Numbered from the whole stretch's first letter, positions 36,837 to 46,793 are shown. The stretch is 60,016 nt of DNA, filler included, from 8 parts of 8 records of this genome joined end to end with filler, not necessarily neighbours in it; one strand, 5' to 3'. A program made the numbers and translations. Notes: a model not told the origin generated them from the letters alone.

Positions 36837-37975
36837 CAGTTTCCTTTTCCTGTTTTGGCAAGTGCTTCGTCCCACAACAGCTTAAAGGCGTTGCGGTCCC
36901 TTGTGGCAAGGGTTTTCCAGGGGATGAGGCCCTTGAAGAGTTTTTCAAACGCTGGCGCGTCTTCCGGGGGCAGCAGGGTCTTCATGTAGGTGTCCAGGGC
37001 CGCGACCGTGACCGGGCAGGTGCCCAATGTTTTGGCGATGGAGTGGAGCTGCACCTCGGGGGTTAGAAGGTAGTTGATGAATTCATGGGCGATCTTCAAG
37101 GCCATTGGGCGGCCCTCGAGGGTGTGGCTGATCATGATGGTGTCGATCCACCAGGTGGTTCCTTCCCTGGGGACGGCAATGCGCCATTTCCTGAAGCTGT
37201 CGTCGATCTGGGGAAACGAGATTCGCCAGGTGGTGGCAAGGGCCATGTCCCGGTAGTGCTCCGGCCTGTCAAATCCTTTCCAGAAGACGCCTGCATTGGC
37301 GGCCAGCCGGTCGATCTTCCGTTCAAGGGCCGGGCCCTTGATCCGGTCGTAGTGGAAAATTTGGTCCTTGCCGTGGCCCAGGGCCAGGGCGGAGATGTAG
37401 ATGTTCAGTTCATAGTAGTCCCGGTGGACCGTGTATCGGCCACTGTACCGGGGATCCCACAGGATTTCCCAGGAGGTGGGCGGCGTTTTGACCAGGTCGG
37501 TGTTATAGGCAAGGCCGTAAATGCCGTGGGCAACGGGGACGCCATAGACCTTTCCCTTTTCCATGGCCCAGGATTGTTTCCGGAGATGGGGAAGGAGCTT
37601 CTGATAATTGGGGACGGCCGACAGGTCAATGGGCAGGGTCAGCCCGTTTGTGGTGAGATTGTACCGGGAGTCCTTGGGAAGATTGTGGGCCGGTGAAATA
37701 ATATCCACCTTTTCCATGCGAAGCTTGTCGAAAAAATCATCGGGATCGGATGCGTCGGTGATCTCAAAGTCAAGATCGATGTTGTATTTTGATTTGATCG
37801 CGGCTGAAAAGCGTTCCCGGGTACTGGTGGAAACATAGCCGTCCCACACCAGCAGCCGCAGGGTGATTCCGTCGGCATGGGCCTTGACAATCGGAGAAAA
37901 AAGGGCGGCTAACCCAAGGATCATCAAGACAACGATAAATTTGGTGCAATAGTTGCTCCCAGGCAACGATTTCAT
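36836..37975 (-). CDS. Extracellular solute-binding protein (PotD/PotF-like)
   Basis: LRLLVWDGY, YGVP..HG.YGLAYN, SWEILWDP.Y, PREGTTWWID, A.EFINY.L.PE.Q. Confidence 0.85.
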   Translation of the reverse strand: MKSLPGSNYCTKFIVVLMILGLAALFSPIVKAHADGITLRLLVWDGYVSTSTRERFSAAIKSKYNIDLDFEITDASDPDDFFDKLRMEKVDIISPAHNLPKDSRYNLTTNGLTLPIDLSAVPNYQKLLPHLRKQSWAMEKGKVYGVPVAHGIYGLAYNTDLVKTPPTSWEILWDPRYSGRYTVHRDYYELNIYISALALGHGKDQIFHYDRIKGPALERKIDRLAANAGVFWKGFDRPEHYRDMALATTWRISFPQIDDSFRKWRIAVPREGTTWWIDTIMISHTLEGRPMALKIAHEFINYLLTPEVQLHSIAKTLGTCPVTVAALDTYMKTLLPPEDAPAFEKLFKGLIPWKTLATRDRNAFKLLWDEALAKTGKGN

Positions 37976-38061
37976 GGCAACCTGCCTTTCTCGGGTCAAA
38001 AATCAAGAGAGTAGGATCATTGCCGGGATATGTCAAACCCTAAGTGTTCCGAAAAGACCTT

Positions 38062-38238
38062 CTAATTGGGGGACAGGTACTCCAGCCAGGTTTCGTGCTC
38101 GTCCCTTCTGTCAACGGGATTCCTGCACTCGGCCAGCAATCGCCTTTCAATGCCTGAATGGCGGGGAGGATTCATGCGTCTTCTGTCCTTCCCGGATCGT
38201 CTCTCCTGTTTTCTTCTGCAATATCTTGGGGCATTCAT
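38062..38238 (-). CDS. Small Arg-rich protein with ERR/DRR repeats
   Basis: GGAGG RBS before ATG 38238; ERRSGKDRR...ERR...DRR. Confidence 0.6.
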   Translation of the reverse strand: MNAPRYCRRKQERRSGKDRRRMNPPRHSGIERRLLAECRNPVDRRDEHETWLEYLSPN

Positions 38239-38439
38239 TAGGACCTCCATGGTGGACGGTAACCGATGCTACACACCCATTAAAATAAAAGGTAAAACCG
38301 GGTGTGTCAAACAATGGGTGGCAATCAGGCCAATTTGGCGAAATGTTTTTTTGTTTGCAAAATTAGTCCTAATGGTTTATGGTACTAATTTTTCCTGCCG
38401 GCCATGTCGGCTTTTTTTATGTTCTAAGGTAAATAAATT

Positions 38440-39707
38440 ATGTCCTCTGAAAGTTTGCCCCACCCCGGTTTTAGCGAAATGGGATTGATCAAGCCTGTCC
38501 TGAAGGCCCTGGATGATCTCGGCTATGAAAGCCCGACGGCGATCCAGGCCCAAACCATTCCCCACGTCCACCAGGGACGCGATGTCCTGGGGCAGGCCCA
38601 GACCGGCACCGGCAAGACCGCAGCCTTTGCGCTGCCGCTGCTCTCCCGCATCAATCTCAAACTCAAGAAGCCCCAGGTGCTGGTGTTGGCCCCCACCCGG
38701 GAGCTGGCCATCCAGGTGGCCGAATCCTTCAAGGGCTATGCTGCCCGCATGAAGGGGTTCAATGTGCTGCCCGTATACGGGGGGCAGGCCTATGGCGGCC
38801 AGCTCAATCAGCTTAAACGGGGCGTCCATGTGATCGTCGGCACCCCGGGCCGGCTCATGGATCTCATGAAGCGGGGCGCCCTCAACCTGGATAATCTTTT
38901 CTCCCTTGTCATCGACGAAGCCGATGAGATGCTTCGCATGGGATTTATCGATGATGTGGAGTGGATCCTGGATCAGACCCCTGACGGGCGTCAGATCGCC
39001 CTGTTCTCGGCAACCATGCCGGCGCCCATCAAAAAGATCGCCATCAAGTATCTGAACGATCCCGAACAGGTCACCATCAAGGTGAAGACCACCACGGCCG
39101 ACACCATCCGCCAGCGTTTCTGGATGGTCAAGGGAACCCATAAGCTGGATGCCCTGACCCGGATCCTCGAGGCCGAGGTCTTTGACGCCATCATCGTGTT
39201 TGTCCGGACCAAGACGGCAACCATGGAGCTTGCGGAGAAACTCGAGGCCCGGGGGTATTCGGCCGAGGCCCTGAACGGGGATATCGCCCAGAAGGCCCGG
39301 GAACGGACCATCAAACGGTTTAAGGACGGAAAAATCGATATCCTGGTGGCAACGGATGTGGCCGCCCGGGGGCTGGATGTGGAGCGGGTGAGCCACGTGA
39401 TCAACTACGATATTCCCAATGGCGCGGAATCCTATGTCCACCGTATCGGCAGGACCGGCCGGGCCGGAAGGGAGGGGGATGCCATCCTCTTTGTCTCTCC
39501 CCGGGAGCGATGGATGCTCCGGGTCATCGAGAAAACCACCCGCCAGAAGATCGAGATGATGCGGCTGCCCACCACCGAGGCGATCAATGACAAGAGGATA
39601 GCGGATTTCAAGCAGAGTATCACCGACACCCTCGCCTCAGCCGAGCTTGGGCCCTATCTCGAGCTCATGGATCAGTATCGCCAGGAGCAGGATGTCCCGG
39701 CCCTGGA
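38440..39707 (+). CDS. deaD: DEAD-box RNA helicase DeaD/CsdA, 3' truncated
   Basis: AQTGTGKT, PTRELA, DEAD, SAT, ARGLD, HRIGRTGRAG. Confidence 0.93.
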
Positions 39708-39807
39708 NNNNNNNNNNNNNNNNNNNNNNNNNNNNNNNNNNNNNNNNNNNNTTAATTAATTAANNNNNNNNNNNNNNNNNNNNNNNNNNNNNNNNNNNNN
39801 NNNNNNN
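39708..39807. other. Artificial contig linker
   Basis: N44-TTAATTAATTAA-N44. Confidence 0.99.
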
Positions 39808-40394
39808 AGCTCGTCCGCCCGGGTGACCGACGGAATGATGGAAAGCTCCTTCAGCGCTTCCCCTATATTCCCCATCCCGATCTCATTGCCCCCGTCGCCG
39901 ACGGCTATGGTGGGACAGGAGCAGAGATGAAAAAGGCAGTCGATCCGGGCGGTCTCGCGGCTGATATCCCGTCCGCGCATATTGTAGTAGCGGCCGTCTG
40001 CGCTGACTCCGGCCCTTTCGATGGAGAGGATAAGGGAAGGATTGACCGATTTCAGGATGCCTTCTGCCCGCTGCCGGCTCTCCTTTTCATCAGCGATGGG
40101 AAAAGGAACGACCCTGAATCCGGGCGAGAGTATATCCAGAAGGGGCGGGGCGCAGACGAAACGGCTGTCATATCCCAGCTCCTCCAGCACGCGGTAGAGG
40201 GCGATGGCGCCCACGGGGCCGTCGGTTTCAAAGTGCCCGCCCACGGGAAAGCCCGTGGCGATCAGAACCGTCCCGGGATTATCCCGGATCAGGGCGGCGG
40301 CCCTGCTGCAATAGCCGGGAGCCAGGGAAGTCTTCAGGGTACCCATGCCCCGCGTCCCCCGGCTCAGGATTATATCGTCTATCTCCTCAAACAT
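39808..40394 (-). CDS. DUF4392 / D-glutamate cyclase family protein, 3' truncated
   Basis: TGFP...ETDGPVGA, IERAG...DGRYYNMRG, GDGGNEIGMG. Confidence 0.9.
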
Positions 40395-40442
40395 ACCCGT
40401 AATTATAACGGGCCGCCCGGATCTCTTCCAGAGAGGGGATAA

Positions 40443-41783
40443 TCAGAGGCCGAAGTCCGCCAGTTCGGCAATGGAGTCGGGATTGCGCCGGTCCATGGCT
40501 TCTCCCCATTTCGCATAGCGATCTATGCGCTCATTCAGACTCAGGGCCGCCAGGGGATTCTCCGGATGGAAGAGACTCCACTCCGGCTTCAGGGCCGTCA
40601 GCTTCTCATGGGCGATCAGAGCCCAGGTCGCGCCCATGAGATGGGAAAACTCGGGTCTCAGGATCTCGGGACAGTTGAAGCTCTGGCGTGAGGAGTTGAT
40701 ATCCACCCCGCTGATCTCCATCAAGTCGTATGCGCTGCAGAGCTTCTGCACCCTCTGCAGCTGTTCCAGGGTATTCCGCGGAGGCATATAAGTGAGGCCT
40801 TTGAATCCGATCTTCTTCAGCTCGGGGACCAGCTCGTCCAGGAAGTCGTCCTCGAATTTCTCTGCCTTCTTGTCTCCTGTGGGGCTCTCGCCCACATCTC
40901 CCAGATAGGCGTAGCAGGGAATGCCTCCGATGGCATTGGCAAAGTCCACCACCCTGTAGACAGAAAGGCACTCCTCTTCATCCGGCTGTATAAAAAAACG
41001 GGGCAGGAAGTTCCCCTTCAGGATGCCCAGAAGATCATAGAGGTAATGGGGATTGTCTTCATCCATAAGGAAGTCCCGGATCTGTCCGGCCACCTTCAGC
41101 TCCATGGTCTCTTCCAGGAACGCGATCAGGGCCTCACCTTTTCCGCAGCGCCGCACCAGAGCTTTTGAGAAGGCGTAAAGGATGTGGCGTTCGGTGATGC
41201 TGCCCCCCTTGCCGCTCTCCGAAAGGGGGAGAACGTCCCTGTCAAAGCTCAAAGGCTCAAGCCCGAAGGGAGCGATAAGCTCATTCAGCTTCGCCAGCTG
41301 TCTTCTGTTCCGTTCGTTTCTCTTCTCATTCAGAGGCTTCAGGAAGGCCTCCACCTCATCGATCTTCGAGGCGGGGACGCCGTGTACGGCTATGTACACG
41401 ATATTGGCCGAGTCGGGATTGTTCATCTTCCGCCCTTCCACGGCGGTACCCGTAAAGTTAACTCTCAACTCAAAGCCTACGGTCGTGGCCATACCCAGAA
41501 CGGCTCCAGCCTTCAGGGTTTCCCTGGCGGCGGAGATGCTGTCATGGTCCATACTGCCCACGGCCTTCAGCCCGGCCTTCCTGGCGAACCAAACCGAGGC
41601 CGTCGGCGAATAGGGGCTGAAAGAGAAGGAGGTATGTACGTGATTGTTAACCTCGTCCGTTTCGGGAGAGAGGGTTTTCAGCCTGTCCGGATCGGCGCAA
41701 AGATTTTCCAACGCGCGAATTCGCTTTTCAGGAGAATCGGCGTTGAGAAGCTCTAAAGGAGACTCTACTGTTCTATTTTCCAT
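40443..41783 (-). CDS. PHP-domain metallohydrolase-like protein
   Basis: NNHVHT..SFS, MDHD, GFELR, ISGVDINS; likely start ATG 41783. Confidence 0.8.
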   Translation of the reverse strand: MENRTVESPLELLNADSPEKRIRALENLCADPDRLKTLSPETDEVNNHVHTSFSFSPYSPTASVWFARKAGLKAVGSMDHDSISAARETLKAGAVLGMATTVGFELRVNFTGTAVEGRKMNNPDSANIVYIAVHGVPASKIDEVEAFLKPLNEKRNERNRRQLAKLNELIAPFGLEPLSFDRDVLPLSESGKGGSITERHILYAFSKALVRRCGKGEALIAFLEETMELKVAGQIRDFLMDEDNPHYLYDLLGILKGNFLPRFFIQPDEEECLSVYRVVDFANAIGGIPCYAYLGDVGESPTGDKKAEKFEDDFLDELVPELKKIGFKGLTYMPPRNTLEQLQRVQKLCSAYDLMEISGVDINSSRQSFNCPEILRPEFSHLMGATWALIAHEKLTALKPEWSLFHPENPLAALSLNERIDRYAKWGEAMDRRNPDSIAELADFGL

Positions 41784-41978
41784 AACCTTTCGTTTTCCAT
41801 TCATTTCTTTTTCGTTTCTTCTTCTATGATATTTCATATCCAGAGTTCCGGCAAGAAGAAAGCTCCTTGTTTCCTCAGGAAAAAGATACGGTCATTAATA
41901 TTGCGAAAAACGCTGTCACCTTCTTAAGATTGGTTTATTATTAAGGTGAGTAACTGCATGTTTATGTAAGGAGAGAAT

Positions 41979-42479
41979 ATGAAGAACACCAAGAAGGAAC
42001 TGTTGCTTTCCGCCGCTCTGCTGGCGATGACGGTTCTGCTTTTTTCCTGTGCCTCGGCTCCTGCGACAACCGAAGATACAGCTGAGGCTGTTGCTGAAAC
42101 TGCCGAATCCGGAACGGAGAATACGGTGGAGAAAGTAGTTGAGGAGGCCAGCTCCGAGAGTGCCGACGCCGCGCGGCTCACCGCAGAAGCGGCCCGTGAA
42201 AAAGCGGTCAAAGCCAAGGCTCCCAAGGCCGTTCCCGAGATCTTCAACGACGGGGAAGAGCTTCTGGCGTCCGCCAGATCCGCTGCGCAGTCCGGTGATT
42301 TCGAGACCGCCGTCCAGGACTATACAGACGCCAGAGACAGCTATGAAGAGGCGGCCGCTCAGGCTGAGATAAAGAAACAGGAGGCTCTGGAAGCCATGAA
42401 GGCCGCAGACGAGGCCATTGCCGCCGTCGAGAAGAGCGCCGAGGAAGCCACCGAAGAGGCCGAAGGAGAAGAGCAGTGA
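41979..42479 (+). CDS. Ala/Glu-rich helical lipoprotein (DUF4398-like)
   Basis: AAGGAG RBS; lipobox LFSC; alpha-helical composition. Confidence 0.75.
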   Translation: MKNTKKELLLSAALLAMTVLLFSCASAPATTEDTAEAVAETAESGTENTVEKVVEEASSESADAARLTAEAAREKAVKAKAPKAVPEIFNDGEELLASARSAAQSGDFETAVQDYTDARDSYEEAAAQAEIKKQEALEAMKAADEAIAAVEKSAEEATEEAEGEEQ

Positions 42480-43183
42480 GATCAATCAAGAACATTATCC
42501 TTCCCGTACTGCTCCTTCTTCTCGCCGGACAAATGCTGAGCGCCCAGAACCTGAGAGACAATCCCGATTACAGAAAGTCAGTGGAGCTGCGCAGGCAGAG
42601 CGACATCGCCTTCGAAGAGGGGGACTATCCCGAGGCCAAGCGCCTGGCCGAAGAGTCTCAGAAGTACGCCCGCCTTTCGGACGAGTGGATTGCCATGATG
42701 CTCAAGCGCTACAAGGCCAACAGTGCCCTCAGACGCTTTGAGACAGCCATGAACTCGGCCCGCAATATCAATGGCGAAACCAACTTCCCCGAAGAGTGGG
42801 CAAAGGCCTCTTCTCTCTATGAGACGGCCAAGGCTCAGTTCGGAGACGAGGATTACGAGAACAGCTATGAGAGCTCTCTGGAGGGTATAGAGGTACTCTC
42901 GGCCATCGTTTACATACCCCGGGCCGGTTACAACGGTCCCTGGCCGGCGAAATACGTGGTCCGGAAACTGCCTGCGGGCAGCGAGGACTGTCTGTGGAAC
43001 ATTGCCGGCTACGACTTCGTCTACGGCGACAGCTGGCAGTGGAAGCGTCTGTACGAGGCCAACAGGGACAAGCTCCCCGAGCCCGCCAATCCCAGGCTGA
43101 TCCTGCCCGGCATGATCCTGGACATCCCTTCAAACAAGGGAGAGATCCGCTCGGGGACATGGAAAGACGGCAAGATTCAATAA
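42476..43183 (+). CDS. Secreted helical protein with C-terminal LysM domain
   Basis: GTGA overlap with the upstream gene; YVVR....DCLWNIAG...YGD..QW..LYEAN....NP.LI.PG..L.IP. Confidence 0.85.
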   Translation: MRSIKNIILPVLLLLLAGQMLSAQNLRDNPDYRKSVELRRQSDIAFEEGDYPEAKRLAEESQKYARLSDEWIAMMLKRYKANSALRRFETAMNSARNINGETNFPEEWAKASSLYETAKAQFGDEDYENSYESSLEGIEVLSAIVYIPRAGYNGPWPAKYVVRKLPAGSEDCLWNIAGYDFVYGDSWQWKRLYEANRDKLPEPANPRLILPGMILDIPSNKGEIRSGTWKDGKIQ

Positions 43184-43202
43184 TCGGATAGATCCGCAGG
43201 AA

Positions 43203-43240
43203 GGGGCTGTTGCAAGATATTAGCATCAGCCCTTTTTTTT
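43203..43240 (+). terminator. Terminator-like palindrome (GGGGCTGTTGC...GCATCAGCCC-T8)
   Basis: Hairpin plus T run after the LysM gene; same arms as 45558-45596. Confidence 0.7.
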
Positions 43241-43317
43241 CCCAACACAATAGACACTCTTTTCAGACCTTTCTGATGGTATTGAAATCTATGCCTGAGC
43301 CCCTTGGCCGGGGGATT

Positions 43318-43385
43318 TTCCGACTCTCCGGTCGGGATAAATTCCGACTGCAGAGTCAGTAAATTTCCGACTCGGCGGTCAGTGA
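43318..43385. promoter_or_regulatory. Three tandem palindromic operator-like sites TTCCGACT-N4-RGTCRG
   Basis: Copies begin at 43318, 43342 and 43365 (24 and 23 nt apart). Confidence 0.6.
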
Positions 43386-43419
43386 AAACCAGATTCCAGA
43401 TACGTATTTTCACACTAAC

Positions 43420-43440
43420 AAATGTTAAGAAAACGTTAAG
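43420..43440 (+). promoter_or_regulatory. Direct repeat AAA(T/C)GTTAAG with 11-nt period (OmpR-type box?)
   Basis: AAATGTTAAG-A-AAACGTTAAG. Confidence 0.35.
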
Positions 43441-43575
43441 AATTCTCTTTTTTCATCGATATCAGTAAAAATAAATCGATAAAAGATGATTGATACTTCT
43501 TTCATGATCTCATTAGCATGAATCAGTTGCTGAGTGAAAATTCAGAAACATAAGTATAAATGTAAGGAGAAATGA

Positions 43576-45507
43576 ATGAGAAAATTGAGAATCCTATCCC
43601 TTTTCATGATCGCCGTTCTGGCAATGTCCTCCATTGCCTGCGTCGGTTCATCGGATGGCGGAAAAATGGGAGCCCAGGCCGGAAGGGATATGAAAGCCGT
43701 CAGCCCTATGACCCCCGGAGTCTATACCCAGACCGTAGAGGGAATGCATCACGGACTGGTTGTTGAGGTAACCCTGTCCGAGCGCAAGATTGAGAAGGTT
43801 GAGGTTATTGAGCACTCCGAAACACCCGGCGTTTCTGATACAGCGATTACGAAGATGCCCGCAAGCATCGTGGAAGCCCAGAGCGTGACTGTGGATACGG
43901 TCAGCGGCGCTTCCTATACGAGCGACGGAATCCTTACCGCCGTTCGCCAGGCCATCGAGGCAGCAGGCGGCGTGGTTGAAGATTTTGAAGTGGCTATGGA
44001 CGCAAAGGGATCTGATGATATGGATCTCGCGGCAACTGTCGACGTTCCCGGCAAGTGGGACATGGAGTACGATGTCGTTGTCATCGGCGGTGGCTTCGCC
44101 GGTCTCGCAGCTACCCATAGAGCCGCAGAAGAAGGAGCCAAAACCCTTCTGATCGAGAAGATGCCCTTCGTGGGAGGTAACTCTCAGATCAACGGCGGTG
44201 TATACGCCTCCTATACCAGCAGCATCGCTTCCGATCTGCAGAAAACACTGGGGCTTCCCGCCGATACGGCAGAAAAACACATCGAAGACACCATCAACGG
44301 CGGTGACGGACAGAGCGACATGGCCCTTGTCAGAAACTTTGTTTACGGAGCGCCTTTCTACTTTGATCTGCTTCTGGAAAACGGTCTGAAGGTAAGGAAG
44401 TCTCTCACCCGCCCCGGCGGTCACTACGGCTACAGAACCTATACCACCGTAAACGGACGCGGAGCCGATATCGTCAAGGTTCAGAAGAAGCTTGTTGAAA
44501 AGACCGACGCCAAGGTTATGACCAATACCAAGATGGTTCAGATCTTCCGCGATGAAGAGAGCGGACGGGTCGTTGGTATCCGCGCCAAGACCGAAGACGG
44601 CTACAAGAACATCCAGGCAGAGAAGGGGGTTATCGTCTGTACCGGAGGTTTCTCCGCCAACGTAGAGATGAGATCCAAGTTCGTTCCCGCCCTTACGGAC
44701 AGCCTGCCCACCACAAACCACGTGGGCGCCACCGGTGAGGGAATCCGCATGGCCCAGGCCGTGGGCGCCGATATCCTGCACATGAGCTACATCCAGCTCT
44801 ACCCCTTTGCCAACCCCAACAACGGAGTTCTCGACCCCTATGCGGTGATCCCTTTCAGCGGACCCAGCTCGGGCGTTGTCTACGTAGACAGCAACGGTGA
44901 GCGGTACGTTAACGAAGGTGAGCGCCGGGACGTCTGCTCCAAGGCCGCTCAGGATACCGGAGGATTCACGACCTTCACCATCATGGGAGAAAAGATCGTC
45001 AAGGAAGGCGGATTCATCGCTCCCAGCCAGCTGAAGGGCGGACTGGAATCCGACCGCATCTTCGTAGCCGAAACCCTGGACGAGCTGGTTGACGTGATCA
45101 ATGCTCACAGCTATCAGGACAAAAAGATCAATATGTCCGCCGACACGCTGAAGCAGACCATCAGGACTCACAACGGCTATGTCGACATGGGCAAGGATCC
45201 CGATTTCGGTAAGGTTATCGACAAGGGAATCATGATGAAGATCGAAGCCGGTCCCTACTACGCCATTCCCCAGTGGCCCTCCGTTCACCATACCATGGGC
45301 GGTCTGAAGATCACTCCCAGAACGGAAGTGCAGGATGTATGGGGCAACGTCATTCCCGGCCTGTACGCTGCCGGTGAAAGCGTAGGAGGTATCCACGGAA
45401 CCAACCGCCTCGGCTCCAACGCCGTTGCAGACTGTGTATCCCACGGTTACATCGCCGGACAGTATGCCGCTACCGGTACTCTGCCCGAATTTCTTCCTGA
45501 GGACTAA
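43576..45507 (+). CDS. Lipoprotein flavocytochrome c-type reductase (FMN-binding + FAD-binding; urocanate/fumarate reductase superfamily)
   Basis: Lipobox SIAC; VDTVSGASYTS flavinylation motif; GGGFAG, GGNS, HHTMGG, GLYAAGE..GGIHGTNRLG. Confidence 0.9.
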   Translation: MRKLRILSLFMIAVLAMSSIACVGSSDGGKMGAQAGRDMKAVSPMTPGVYTQTVEGMHHGLVVEVTLSERKIEKVEVIEHSETPGVSDTAITKMPASIVEAQSVTVDTVSGASYTSDGILTAVRQAIEAAGGVVEDFEVAMDAKGSDDMDLAATVDVPGKWDMEYDVVVIGGGFAGLAATHRAAEEGAKTLLIEKMPFVGGNSQINGGVYASYTSSIASDLQKTLGLPADTAEKHIEDTINGGDGQSDMALVRNFVYGAPFYFDLLLENGLKVRKSLTRPGGHYGYRTYTTVNGRGADIVKVQKKLVEKTDAKVMTNTKMVQIFRDEESGRVVGIRAKTEDGYKNIQAEKGVIVCTGGFSANVEMRSKFVPALTDSLPTTNHVGATGEGIRMAQAVGADILHMSYIQLYPFANPNNGVLDPYAVIPFSGPSSGVVYVDSNGERYVNEGERRDVCSKAAQDTGGFTTFTIMGEKIVKEGGFIAPSQLKGGLESDRIFVAETLDELVDVINAHSYQDKKINMSADTLKQTIRTHNGYVDMGKDPDFGKVIDKGIMMKIEAGPYYAIPQWPSVHHTMGGLKITPRTEVQDVWGNVIPGLYAAGESVGGIHGTNRLGSNAVADCVSHGYIAGQYAATGTLPEFLPED

Positions 45508-45557
45508 GGGTTCTTGAGACCTGTAATTTAACATTGTGACCGTGAAATAACGGACTC

Positions 45558-45596
45558 GGGGCTGTTGCGAAACTCTCTTTTGCAACAGCCCTTTTT
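45558..45596 (+). terminator. Terminator-like palindrome (GGGCTGTTGCGAAA...TTTTGCAACAGCCC-T5)
   Basis: Hairpin plus T run after the reductase gene. Confidence 0.75.
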
Positions 45597-45696
45597 CACA
45601 TCCCCTTTATTGAGATGATGAAAGAATTGCATAGTCATCCCATAGGGATTAGAATAGATTATACATATCTCAAATTAAATATAGGAGGTGGTTTAA

Positions 45697-46475
45697 ATGA
45701 AAAAATCACTGTTGCTTATCCTGTCACTTATGATGATTTCCGCAGCATCCGTCTTTGCGCAAAGCTATACAAACGGTGTCTATTTCGCCCAGGAAGAGTC
45801 CTTCCCCAAAAGCGGGTGGAAATATAATGTTACTCTTGTTGTGAAGAACAACAAAATAAGCGAGGTTGTCTGGAACGGCTCTCATATCAATGCCGGCGTA
45901 GACAAGGACGCCATGTCACGGGCGGGACGCTATGGCATGGAAGCCAAGGGCGGCGCCATCGCTCCCTGGTGGAAACAGGCCGAGGCCGTGGAAAAGGCGC
46001 TGATAAGCAGCCAGGACATCAATGCCATCCGCATCTCGGACAGCGCCGGGCATACCGACGCCGTATCGGGCGCTACCATCAAGGTCCTCCCCTTCGTCAA
46101 TCTGGTAAAGAAAGCCCTGGCGGCAGGTCCCGTAGGATACGGGCCTTATAAAGACGGAACCTATAGAGCCGATGCGGCAGAGTTCCATAACGGCTGGAAA
46201 TACTTTGTGGAAGCCACTGTGAGCTCCGGTTACATCGTCTCCGTACGCTGGGACGCTGAAAACCAGAAAGGCGGCAAGACCAAGGACAAGATGTCCCGCG
46301 ACGGCGAGTACGGTATGGAAAAGGCCGGCGCCATGGCTCCCTGGTGGCAGCAGGCCGAGGCTGTCGAGCTGAACGTGATCAGGACCCAGAGCGTGGGCAA
46401 GGTAGACTCGGTTTCCGGAGCGACCATCGGGCTGGATCCCTTCTACGGCCTTCTGAATCAGGCGCTGGCGGGAGC
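45697..46475 (+). CDS. Secreted protein with two FMN-binding domains, 3' truncated
   Basis: AGGAGG RBS; signal peptide; internal duplication (SR.G.YGME...APWW.QAEAVE); DAVSGAT and DSVSGAT motifs. Confidence 0.88.
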
Positions 46476-46575
46476 NNNNNNNNNNNNNNNNNNNNNNNNN
46501 NNNNNNNNNNNNNNNNNNNTTAATTAATTAANNNNNNNNNNNNNNNNNNNNNNNNNNNNNNNNNNNNNNNNNNNN
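46476..46575. other. Artificial contig linker
   Basis: N44-TTAATTAATTAA-N44. Confidence 0.99.
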
Positions 46576-46793
46576 TATAGGGGGAGGCTTCCCCTCGGGC
46601 AAAGGAATGTGGGACGGATTCCGGTCAAAAAGGCATCCTCCAGAATAAAAGACTACCATCCCCTGATACCGACTGGATCATGGGAGGATATGCCGTTCTC
46701 ATTCTCAATCCCATAGGAAAAAATGCGCCTGTAGATGCTGCAACGAATCATAATATTTAATCAGGATCTGTGCCTTTTTCAGGCACCAATTGC

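Noticed and set aside
38377-39441. 354-aa antisense ORF over deaD
   Set aside because: Typical antisense shadow of a conserved GC-rich gene.
43283-43298. Sigma54 promoter next to the triple operator
   Set aside because: The minus strand has GGCATAGATTTC but no GC at -12, and no gene follows in that direction.
43648-45585. 645-aa antisense ORF over the flavocytochrome gene
   Set aside because: Shadow frame on the opposite strand of a well-supported gene, explained by codon bias; no recognisable motifs.
46597-46635. GGGCAAA...GGGACG...CCGGTC resembling a c-di-GMP-I riboswitch
   Set aside because: Lacks the GAAA-capped P2 stem and the GCAAAG segment, and lies downstream of a convergent gene with nothing to regulate.
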